A DNA stretch of 64,000 nucleotides, taken from the sequence record SRR20825015_191; one strand, given 5' to 3'. The position numbers and the translations under genes were made by a program. Shown here in pieces: positions 47,126 through 55,737 of this stretch (position 1 is its first letter; each line of letters starts with the position of its first letter). The notes under the pieces are model-generated. The model had not been told where the DNA came from. It worked only from the letters and a program-made list of their open reading frames with translations, and searched no databases.

Positions 47126-48928
47126 TCACTTTTTCTGTTCGGCGATCCAGCGATTCACCGCGGCTTCAAGCACACTGAGGGGAACGGAGCCGTGGGCGAG
47201 GATTTCGTCGTGGAAGGCGCGGATATCGAAGTTGTCGCCGAGTTCCTGTTCGGCGCGAGCGCGTAGTTCACGAAGTTTGATTTCGCCGATCTTATAGCTG
47301 AGAGCCTGACCGGGGATCGCGATGTAGCGTTCGACCTCCTGAATAGCGACGCCTTCACTCTGCGGCGTGTTTTCCAGAAAGTAGGCGATGCTTTGTTCAC
47401 GCGTCCAACCCTTGGCATGAAGGCCGGTGTCGATGACGAGACGACAGGCGCGCCAGATTTCGGCGGAGAGTCGGCCGACCCATTGATAGGGATCGGTGTA
47501 GAGCCCCATTTCCTTCCCCAGCATTTCACTATAGAGTCCCCAACCTTCGCTGTAAGCCGTGGTGCCTCCGAAACGTCGGAAGGCGGGGAGATCGGTGTGT
47601 TCCTGGGCGAGGCTGATTTCGAAGTGGTGTCCGGGAATCGCTTCATGCGCAAAGAATGCCTCAGTGGTATAACGCGATCGGGTTTCGGGTTGATAAGCGT
47701 TGTAGTAGAAAATACCGGGACGAGAACCGTCGGGCAGACCGGACTGATACTGGGCTGGAGGGGCGCTGACCTCCCGGAAGTCTTCGACCGGTCTGATCTC
47801 GAATGGTGTCTTGGGGGTGCGTCCGAAGAAATGGGGAACGGCCGATAACACCCGTTCGCGCATGCCTTCATAGGCGCTTTGCATTTCGTCCCGGTTCTGG
47901 AATTTCAAGGCGGGATCTTCGTCGAGGTGACGGTAGAATTCCGCGAGTGTCCCGTCAAAGCCGACTCGATCTTTGGCTGCTTCCATCAAGGCACGGATTC
48001 GGGCGACTTCGTTAAGACCGATGTCGTGGATTTGTTCGGGGGTGAGATCGGTGGTGGTCGCGGTGCGCACTTTGAACGCATACCACGCGGCCCCGCCGGG
48101 CAGCTCACTCAATCCCACGGTATCGCGACAGGCCGGAAGGTATTCGTTTTCCATGAACTCGCGCAGCTTCTGGTAAGCAGGCACAAGGACATCGCCCACC
48201 ATCACATTGTAGGCGGCGGTGAGGCGTATTTGATCTTCTTCGGAAAAATCATCAGGGAAACGGTTCACGGGTTTCATGAACACATTCTTGGTGAGGTCGG
48301 GATTACCGATCGCGGTGAGCTGAGGAATGACGGGCTTGGCCAAGGCTTTCGGTAGCACGATTCCCTGTTCCATCCCCGTGCGCATGTCTGCGATGATCCC
48401 GTCAACGTAAGGCGCGAAATCCGCGACGCGTGCGAGCCAGTTGTCGTAGTCTTCCACGGTCTTGAAGGGTTGGACGAGTTGTCCCGAACCGAGCTGAGCG
48501 AGGATCAGATGTGCACTGGACATCTGATTGATCGGCAGCAGGTGGGAGGGATATTGGAGACTTTCGAGTTCTTCCCTGAGCTGGTAGCGCAGGAGGTCGA
48601 AGCTGATATGATCTTCGGCGGGTAAGGCCGAAGGATCCAACTCGTCGAGACGATCAAGATAGTTGACCGCCAATTTGCGGGTGACTGCCCGGGTCTCCTT
48701 CGAGGTGATCGGTCCGAACTGATCGTTAAAGCGATTATCGCCGACAAACGTGGCGCTGAGCGGGCTGGCCCGGAGGGCGTCTTCCCAATACTCGGCATAG
48801 AGTTGATTTATCTCACGGGAGGTAACCTTCGGTGCGGTCAGGAGAGTGGCGGTGAGATTAATCGTCGGGGCACCTAATAAGCAAAGACCGAGGGTGAAAT
48901 AGGGGAACTTTGGCATGTCTGACGACAT
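47126..48928 (-). CDS. DUF885 domain exported protein
   Basis: Signal-like N-terminus; HEAIPGHH, AYSEGWGLYSE, WRACRLVIDTGLH, EVERY..PGQALSYKIG; start ATG 48928 (or 48916). Confidence 0.92.
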   Translation of the reverse strand: MSSDMPKFPYFTLGLCLLGAPTINLTATLLTAPKVTSREINQLYAEYWEDALRASPLSATFVGDNRFNDQFGPITSKETRAVTRKLAVNYLDRLDELDPSALPAEDHISFDLLRYQLREELESLQYPSHLLPINQMSSAHLILAQLGSGQLVQPFKTVEDYDNWLARVADFAPYVDGIIADMRTGMEQGIVLPKALAKPVIPQLTAIGNPDLTKNVFMKPVNRFPDDFSEEDQIRLTAAYNVMVGDVLVPAYQKLREFMENEYLPACRDTVGLSELPGGAAWYAFKVRTATTTDLTPEQIHDIGLNEVARIRALMEAAKDRVGFDGTLAEFYRHLDEDPALKFQNRDEMQSAYEGMRERVLSAVPHFFGRTPKTPFEIRPVEDFREVSAPPAQYQSGLPDGSRPGIFYYNAYQPETRSRYTTEAFFAHEAIPGHHFEISLAQEHTDLPAFRRFGGTTAYSEGWGLYSEMLGKEMGLYTDPYQWVGRLSAEIWRACRLVIDTGLHAKGWTREQSIAYFLENTPQSEGVAIQEVERYIAIPGQALSYKIGEIKLRELRARAEQELGDNFDIRAFHDEILAHGSVPLSVLEAAVNRWIAEQKK

Positions 48929-49041
48929 CGTTTTAATTATGACACTACAAGCTTCGTTCCGTGAGGATCGAGTGGTGTGTGCCGACGGCCTTGTTCTAAA
49001 ACTGCTTGCGGACCAACCGTGTGAGGCGCACGTTGCGCGCA

Positions 49042-49632
49042 GTGAAAATTGGACTTTTAGGCGGGAGTTTTGATCCCGTGCATTTCGGTCATTTGATGGC
49101 GGCTCAGGATGCGTATGAGCAGCATGGGCTGGATCGTGTGATTCTGATCCCGGCGGCCCAGGCTCCGCTGAAACCGTATGAGGTGCAGTCGTCAGGTGCG
49201 GATCGATTGGCAATGTTGCGCGATGCCACCGAGTGGGATCATCGATTTGAAGTCTCTGACTACGAGGTCGCGCGGGGAGGAGTGAATTACACGATCGATT
49301 CGGTGCGACATTTTCGGGAGCTCTATCCCAACGACACGCTGTATTGGATCATTGGAGGGGACCAATTGCCGAAACTGCATCTGTGGGGAGAGATTGAAGA
49401 GCTGGCTTCCTTGATTGAATTTATCTTTCTGGAACGTCCGGGGCATGAGGAACGGGAGCACCCGGAAATTCCGGGACTGCGATTGCATCGTTGCGATGGT
49501 CATTTGCTTGCGATCAGCTCCACGGAACTCCGGAACCGGGTGCGAAATAGTTTATCGTTGGATTATTTTGTGCCACATAAGGCGATTGTGTATATCCAAG
49601 AACACTGCCTCTATCGGCGCAGTAACGCATGA
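49042..49632 (+). CDS. nadD: nicotinate-nucleotide adenylyltransferase
   Basis: GGSFDPVHFGH, YTID, IIGGD, ISSTELR; GTG start at 49042. Confidence 0.96.
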   Translation: MKIGLLGGSFDPVHFGHLMAAQDAYEQHGLDRVILIPAAQAPLKPYEVQSSGADRLAMLRDATEWDHRFEVSDYEVARGGVNYTIDSVRHFRELYPNDTLYWIIGGDQLPKLHLWGEIEELASLIEFIFLERPGHEEREHPEIPGLRLHRCDGHLLAISSTELRNRVRNSLSLDYFVPHKAIVYIQEHCLYRRSNA

Positions 49633-50141
49633 AAGCTAAAAAAACTGCCACTCTGGAGCTGATTAAAACCTGTTGTCGCGCCCTTGATGACAAAAAAGCC
49701 GAGGCCTTGCGCGTGCTTGATGTGCACGAGCAATCTTCGATTACCGATTACCTGGTGGTGGCCACGGCTACCTCTGAGCCACATTTACGTGCCTTGCGCG
49801 TCGAGATCGAAAAAGTGCTCGATGCGGCGAAGGCCGTGATCGTCGGGATGGATGCCGAACAGACCAGCGGCTGGATGGTGATCGATGCCTTCGATGTGAT
49901 GATCCATCTGTTCCTCGCGGAACACCGTAAGAACTACGGTTTGGAAAATCTTTGGAAGGACGGGAAGGAACTGTCCGTTGCTGATTTGCTCGCGCCTCCC
50001 AAGAAGGTTGCGAAGAAAAAGGCAACCACTGCTACCAAGAAGAAGACGGTTGTAAAAAAGAAAGCGGCCCCGGTTAAAAAGACGGCTACCGTGAAGAAGA
50101 AGGCAGTGGTCAAAAAGACGGCAACGGCGAAAAAAAAGTAG
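49629..50141 (+). CDS. rsfS: ribosome silencing factor with Lys/Ala-rich C-terminal tail
   Basis: DDKKAE, TDYLVVATATSEPH, WMVID.FDVMIHLF, R..YGLENLW; ATGA overlap with nadD. Confidence 0.95.
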   Translation: MKAKKTATLELIKTCCRALDDKKAEALRVLDVHEQSSITDYLVVATATSEPHLRALRVEIEKVLDAAKAVIVGMDAEQTSGWMVIDAFDVMIHLFLAEHRKNYGLENLWKDGKELSVADLLAPPKKVAKKKATTATKKKTVVKKKAAPVKKTATVKKKAVVKKTATAKKK

Positions 50142-50360
50142 CCGCGACCGTCGAGTGGTTTTAGAGACTGTAAGTTGTTTATAATCATAGTGATGACGGT
50201 TTATTGATACGAGAATCCACTGAGAGCGGATCTAAGTGGATGCGCGTGGGTTGGCCGGTATTAACAATCTTTTGACCTTGCCGTCCCCGGGCTAATGCCG
50301 TTGATTCGCAGAAGCTCACTTCTGAGCGACGTTAATCATAATATATACATACTACATACC

Positions 50361-50714
50361 ATGAAGAAGCATACTTCCAAAAAGGGTTTTACCCTCGTCG
50401 AAATCATGATCGTTGTCGTTATCATCGGCCTCTTGGCTGCGATGGCGATTCCTGCGTTCCAGAAAGTCCGTGCCAGCTCGCAAGACAAGGCTGTGTCGAA
50501 TAACCTTCGCCAGTTGAGCTCTGCTGCTGACCAATACTTCCTCGAAAACGGTGTTAGCGCGGTGACTTCCGCTCTGCTCGTTGGCACCAACAGCAGCCAA
50601 TACATCAAGCAAGTGCAGACGGTTGCCCAGGAAACCTACAGCAACCTCCAACAGGGTTCTGCTGTCACGGCTTCTGCTGTCGCTGGCGCTCGCACGATCA
50701 CTTACAGCAACTAA
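50361..50714 (+). CDS. pilA: type IV pilin (short prepilin, probable major pilin)
   Basis: MKKHTSKKG|FTLVEIMIVVVIIGLLAAMAIP class III signal with E5; 108-aa mature chain; GCT/TCT/CTC-rich codons suggest high expression; has its own terminator. Confidence 0.88.
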   Translation: MKKHTSKKGFTLVEIMIVVVIIGLLAAMAIPAFQKVRASSQDKAVSNNLRQLSSAADQYFLENGVSAVTSALLVGTNSSQYIKQVQTVAQETYSNLQQGSAVTASAVAGARTITYSN

Positions 50715-50746
50715 GCTGATCAGCTGATTTCGCTTACATCTCTGGC

Positions 50747-50778
50747 AAAAGCCGTCCATGAAAATGGACGGCTTTTTT
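50747..50778 (+). terminator. intrinsic terminator after pilin
   Basis: AAAAGCCGTCCAT-GAAA-ATGGACGGCTTTTTT. Confidence 0.9.
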
Positions 50779-50784
50779 ATACCC

Positions 50785-52653
50785 ATGATACAATTAATTC
50801 GAGATCGGCGTTTGTGGTTACTGTTGTTGTGGGGTGGCTTGGCGTTTGTGGTGGCGCGCTGGGTCGTGCCCACGGAGATGGCCGTGAACCTGGTGGTCAA
50901 AGGCGGCTATTGGATTGTTTTGGCCAACTTCATCCTGTTTGTCGCGGCGGTGTGGCGATTGGTCAGCCGCTCTGGCAAGGGTTGGGTTCTCGGAAGGGAG
51001 GAACGGTGGGCCGCGGCGCTGATTCTCGCGGTCACCGTGATGTGGCAGGCGCATGAGTCGCGGGGTTTCAAGATTTTGGCGGATGAGGTGCTCCTGCTCG
51101 GCACTTCGATGGATATGCATTTGGAACGCGAAGCGACCTATCCGATACGCGCGACCGATGTGCAGGGCCCTTTTCAGGTGCTGCAGGGGGTGCTGGATAA
51201 ACGCCCTTTGTTTTTCCCTTTCGTCGTTTCATTGGTGCACGATCTGACGGGATACCGGGCTACGAATTCATTCTACGTCAATATGGCGTTGGGCGTGATC
51301 TTCCTCGCCTTGGTTTACAGTTCGGCCCGACGAATCGGGGACAATCATTGGGCGGGAGTATTCGGAGTCCTGCTTTTTGCAGGCTTGCCCCTCATGGCGC
51401 AGCAGGTCGCGGGTGGTGGGTTTGAACTTCTGAATCTGGTGATGATTGCGATCATCCTCTGGCTCGCCTGCCGTTTTGCCGAAAATCCGGATGGGGATTC
51501 GACGGCGGCACTTTGTTTGGGCACGACATTGCTCGCGCAGACCCGCTACGAATCGGCGTTGTTCATTGTCCCGGTTGCGGGGCTGTTGATTTGGGCTTGG
51601 CTGCGAAAAGGCCGGGTGCTTTTGCCGCATTCAGTGTGGCTGCTTCCGTTGTTTCTCACGCCGTATGTGCTGCAGAATCGCCAATTTGAGACTAATGAAA
51701 GTTTGTGGGAACTGGCCGGGCAGGGCAGTGGTGCGACGAGTCCGTTTGGGTTAAGCTTTTTGCCGGATAATCTGGGGCACGCCCTGGCTTTCTTTTTCGA
51801 CACCTCCGGATTTCAGCCCAATTCGATTTACTTTGCGGTGCTCGGACTCGTGGCTTTGCCGCTGTTTGGTATCTGGCTTACGAGAGTGCTGCGGGGCTCC
51901 GAATCACCCGCGCCGACTGATATCGCTGTGGTGACAATTGGAGTGGGGCTCTTGGGAATCACCGGTTTGTTGATGGTGTATTTCTGGGGGCAGTTCGATC
52001 ATCCGGTGATTCACCGGCTCAGCTTGCCTCTGCATTTTGTGATGCTGCTGGCGATCTGCGTCGTCGTGGGGCGTATGGTGAACTGGCATTTGAAATGGAA
52101 GGCACTGAGTGCCATTTCGGTGGTGGCCTTGTTGCTGCACAGCTTGCCGGTGATGGCGAAGCGGGCCTACGAAATGGACTATCTGCCAGGACGTGAGATG
52201 GCCTGGCGACAGGAGTTTATCCAGCAGTTTCCCGATCGTGATTATCTGTTCATCGATCAGGACTCGGTGTTTTGGATTACGCATCAAGTCACCGCGACCC
52301 CGATCAAACAGGCTCAGGCTCGGAAGGAAGGCCTGATGTATCATTTGAAGAATCACAGTTTCTCCGCGATGTATGTGTTTCAGCGTTTCAAGGTGAATGA
52401 CCAAACCGGGGAACTGACTGTGGATCCCGCGGATAAACTGGACGCCGGTTTTGAGCTCGAACCTGTTTGGGAGAAGCGGGTGGCGACCTTGATTTTTGGT
52501 CGAATTAGTCGGGTCAAAGCGATTCACGATGGAGATCAGATGATCGAAGCTTCGGAATACGCCACTCCGGCACAGGGCGAGTTGCGGACTTCTCAGCAAC
52601 TGGAGAAAACCAAGACACTTTATTTCGAGAACTGGATTGAGCAGTTGCCCTGA
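50785..52653 (+). CDS. GT-C-like (PMT/GT39-type) polytopic membrane glycosyltransferase, paralog 1
   Basis: Many TM segments, early loop ILADE, LDKRPLFFPF, QTRYES, soluble C-terminal domain; ATG 50785 follows the terminator. Confidence 0.7.
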   Translation: MIQLIRDRRLWLLLLWGGLAFVVARWVVPTEMAVNLVVKGGYWIVLANFILFVAAVWRLVSRSGKGWVLGREERWAAALILAVTVMWQAHESRGFKILADEVLLLGTSMDMHLEREATYPIRATDVQGPFQVLQGVLDKRPLFFPFVVSLVHDLTGYRATNSFYVNMALGVIFLALVYSSARRIGDNHWAGVFGVLLFAGLPLMAQQVAGGGFELLNLVMIAIILWLACRFAENPDGDSTAALCLGTTLLAQTRYESALFIVPVAGLLIWAWLRKGRVLLPHSVWLLPLFLTPYVLQNRQFETNESLWELAGQGSGATSPFGLSFLPDNLGHALAFFFDTSGFQPNSIYFAVLGLVALPLFGIWLTRVLRGSESPAPTDIAVVTIGVGLLGITGLLMVYFWGQFDHPVIHRLSLPLHFVMLLAICVVVGRMVNWHLKWKALSAISVVALLLHSLPVMAKRAYEMDYLPGREMAWRQEFIQQFPDRDYLFIDQDSVFWITHQVTATPIKQAQARKEGLMYHLKNHSFSAMYVFQRFKVNDQTGELTVDPADKLDAGFELEPVWEKRVATLIFGRISRVKAIHDGDQMIEASEYATPAQGELRTSQQLEKTKTLYFENWIEQLP

Positions 52654-54494
52654 TGATGAGCGGTCCGAATGAGCCTTCCGGTCTGTCGGTCAGTAAACCT
52701 GAGAAACAGTCATTCCCGCTGCGGTTGTTGTTGTTTGGTTTGATCGTGGTGGGATCAGCTCTGTTCGGTTTTCTGGCTTTTGGGGCGAGCGAGGCTGGAG
52801 CTCTGGTGCAGCGATTCGGATACTATACGATTTTGTTGACCTTTATCTGGGCGGTGGTCGCGGTTGCCCGGGTGGCGCCCGACTGGAGGCGCAGTTGGCC
52901 AAAACTTTCCCGCAGGGAAGTTTGCACCGTAGTGGGGGTGATTGGGGGACTCACCCTGATCGCGATCGTGACCGTGCCCTATACCTACAAAGTGCTCTAC
53001 GATGAATTTGTGCTGCAGGCCACGGCATGGTGTCTGCATGAAACGAGGGAAGTGGGAGTGCTGGTGCGTGGTTATGATATCGGTGGGGTGTTCGCCCCCT
53101 TGCAGACGTATCTGGATAAGCGTCCGTTCTTTTTCGCGTTTCTCGTCTCACTGCTGCATGACCTGACCGGCTATCGTGAAGCCAATGCTTTTGCGCTGAA
53201 CACCATGCTGATGCCGGTCTGCCTCGGACTGATTTATCTGATGGCCCGAAAGGTCAGCTCACATCTCGGTGCGATGGCGGCGGTCGTGGCGCTGGGCGGG
53301 TTCTCGTTGCTGGCCCAAAACGCTACGGGATCCGGCATGGAGATGATCAATTTGGTGATGCTGCTGCTGGTGATGCATTTGGGATTGGGCTATCTGGAAA
53401 ATCCCAATGGTAAGCGATTAAGTGCCCTCGTGCTTTGCACCGTGCTGCTCGCGCAGTCACGTTACGAATCGGGCTTATATGTAGCCCCGGCAGCACTTGT
53501 TATTTTGGAAGGGTGGCGCCGGGCGGGTAAGTTGATTCTGCCGCCGGCCGCGATCCTCGCTCCGGCGCTTCTGATCCCCTATGCGTTGCACAATACCTAT
53601 CTCTCCGGCACCCCTCTTTTATGGGAGCTGCGGGACGGAGATTCGGCTCGGTTCGGAGCGCAATATCTGGCGGACAATCTCTATCATGCGCTGCTGTTTT
53701 TCTTCAATTTTTCGGGACGATTAACCAATTCGTGGTGGCTGGGAGTAGCCGGGATCCCCGTATTGATTTGGGCGGGTTGGGCCGCCGCCCGAGCGATTCC
53801 GCGATGGAAGCATGCGGCGCCCGCGAATGTGCTGCTCATCATCTTTGGAGGCGCCATCACGGCGAATCTGGGCCTGTTGATGTTTTATTACTGGGGGCAG
53901 TTGGATGATGCGATTGTGTCGAGGCTGAGCCTGCCCTTCTCAGCATTGTTGGTGATTTGTCTCGCTTGGGCGGTGATGCAGTTCCGTCAGCGTTGGCAAC
54001 GTCCGGCCGCTCTGGTGGCTTTGAGCGGAGCGTTATTCTCTTATCTGGTTTCCGGCTTGGTCGGCAACGCGACACATTGGACCCTGAATCAACAGGCGCG
54101 GGAAATTGCGTGGGAAGTCGATCAGGTTAAGGCACTGCCGCCGGCTTCCCGTCTGATTTTGACAAATAAGTCCGCCTTGATCTGGCTGACCAATCGCATC
54201 TCCGCCTTGCAGATCGTGCGCGCGAGGGTGCGGGGTGAGCAGATCCAGTTTCACCTCGATCATCATACTTTTCAGGAGGTGTTGGTGATGCAAACCTACC
54301 GGCCGGTCGGTCCTCAGGGGGGCTTTCAATTGGAACCATTGGATCGATTGCCGGATAACTTTATCCTGGAGCCGATGATTGAACGTCGGGTGGGCACGCA
54401 CGCCGCCCGGATCAGTCGATTAGTGCGCATTGATCCAGAGAAAGAAATCGAAACGACACCCGGGAGAGTTGAGGGGGAGGACTCCGATGAGTGA
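52653..54494 (+). CDS. GT-C-like (PMT/GT39-type) polytopic membrane glycosyltransferase, paralog 2
   Basis: VLYDE, LDKRPFFFAF, HDLTGYR, QSRYES, WGQLD..RLSLP are collinear with paralog 1; TGATG coupling. Confidence 0.7.
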   Translation: MMSGPNEPSGLSVSKPEKQSFPLRLLLFGLIVVGSALFGFLAFGASEAGALVQRFGYYTILLTFIWAVVAVARVAPDWRRSWPKLSRREVCTVVGVIGGLTLIAIVTVPYTYKVLYDEFVLQATAWCLHETREVGVLVRGYDIGGVFAPLQTYLDKRPFFFAFLVSLLHDLTGYREANAFALNTMLMPVCLGLIYLMARKVSSHLGAMAAVVALGGFSLLAQNATGSGMEMINLVMLLLVMHLGLGYLENPNGKRLSALVLCTVLLAQSRYESGLYVAPAALVILEGWRRAGKLILPPAAILAPALLIPYALHNTYLSGTPLLWELRDGDSARFGAQYLADNLYHALLFFFNFSGRLTNSWWLGVAGIPVLIWAGWAAARAIPRWKHAAPANVLLIIFGGAITANLGLLMFYYWGQLDDAIVSRLSLPFSALLVICLAWAVMQFRQRWQRPAALVALSGALFSYLVSGLVGNATHWTLNQQAREIAWEVDQVKALPPASRLILTNKSALIWLTNRISALQIVRARVRGEQIQFHLDHHTFQEVLVMQTYRPVGPQGGFQLEPLDRLPDNFILEPMIERRVGTHAARISRLVRIDPEKEIETTPGRVEGEDSDE

Positions 54495-55737
54495 CCCTTC
54501 GATCGGTTGGAATCGGTGGCGCTGGATCTGCCTGACGATCAGCACGGTGATCCTCGTTTTGGTCGGCGGGATTGCTTTTCCTCCGGTCTTTACGGCGTTG
54601 GGGGTGAATGCGATCTCGCCGATCTTCTCCGATCTAATCGCGATTTTGGCTGCCGGCGAAGCCCAGCAATTGGGTCGTGATGCCTATGCGCATAATCCGC
54701 TGGACCCGTTTAACCGTCCGCATGTTTACGGTCCGTGGTGGTTGCTAACCGGTGATCTTGGATTGGTGCGCAGTGATGCGAGATGGCTGGGACCCTTGCT
54801 CGCGGTGATCTTTGTGATAGCGGCCGTTTGGATCCTTCGCCCAATGACGATGAAGAGTTGTCTGGGAGCGATCCTCCTGCTCGCTTCGCCACCCGTCTTG
54901 CTGGCGATGGAGCGAGGCAATAACGATTTGGTGATCTTTGCGATTCTGGTTCTCGCGAGTTGCGGGATTGCGGCCAATTCGTGGCTACGGCAGTTCGTCG
55001 CAGGTTTGCTCATCGTGTTGGCGTCGGCATTGAAACTCTACCCAATCGCCACCTTGCCTTTGTTGTTAACCAATGCCCAAGGCAATAAGCGGACCGGTGG
55101 GATCCTCCTTGTGACGACCGTGTTGGTGATCACGGCGCTGGCGAGTTCCTGGGGTGTGTATCGGCAAGTGATGGCGATGGCTCCGGAGCCGATGACGATA
55201 TTCGGTTACGGTTTAAAACTGAGCTATTACGTTTTTCTGACTTTGCCGGAGCATCGGGTCTGGTTGTGTGCGGGGGCGTTGCCAATTATTCTAGGAGTGG
55301 GATATCTGCTGTGGCGTTGGCGTCAGGAATTTTGGTCCATGGTTCCGACGACAGGATTCATCTCGGCCTGTTATGTTTCGGGAGCTCTGGCATGGGGAGT
55401 ATGCTACGCCACAACGATTAGCTTTCCGTATCGATTGATCCTTTTGTTGCTGCCGGCCGCGTTATGTTTTCAGAGGGGCGATACGGGTCGGATGGGACAC
55501 GCGCTTCGTCTTCAAAGTATCGGCATCGGTTTGTTGATGTGGAGCCTTTGGACGAAGGAGCATCTGCTGGTGCTGAGTGCGGATGAAAGCCTCTTTACCG
55601 GACCGCCCCTGGCATGGATTGCCTTGGGGATGGAGCATGCACTGGCATTTGTCGTGAGCGCGAGTTTGGGGCTGGCACTACTCGGCTGGGGCACTCGTCG
55701 GTGGGAGAAATTTCAAAGTGACTCCCAAGGCGCATAG
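54487..55737 (+). CDS. GT87/DUF2029-like GT-C membrane glycosyltransferase
   Basis: FSDL, YGPWW, ERGNNDL and LKLYP motifs; ~11 TM segments; ATG 54487 overlaps the upstream stop. Confidence 0.7.
   Translation: MSDPSIGWNRWRWICLTISTVILVLVGGIAFPPVFTALGVNAISPIFSDLIAILAAGEAQQLGRDAYAHNPLDPFNRPHVYGPWWLLTGDLGLVRSDARWLGPLLAVIFVIAAVWILRPMTMKSCLGAILLLASPPVLLAMERGNNDLVIFAILVLASCGIAANSWLRQFVAGLLIVLASALKLYPIATLPLLLTNAQGNKRTGGILLVTTVLVITALASSWGVYRQVMAMAPEPMTIFGYGLKLSYYVFLTLPEHRVWLCAGALPIILGVGYLLWRWRQEFWSMVPTTGFISACYVSGALAWGVCYATTISFPYRLILLLLPAALCFQRGDTGRMGHALRLQSIGIGLLMWSLWTKEHLLVLSADESLFTGPPLAWIALGMEHALAFVVSASLGLALLGWGTRRWEKFQSDSQGA

Noticed and set aside
50158-50186. GTTTTAGAG... resembles the start of a type II CRISPR repeat
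   Set aside because: Single occurrence, no repeat-spacer periodicity and no cas genes in the window.
50361-50714. Short pilin as a Geobacter-type conductive e-pilin
   Set aside because: Only 7 aromatic residues in 108 by hand count, and positions 27 and 32 are Val and Gln; too sparse for the proposed e-pilin pattern.
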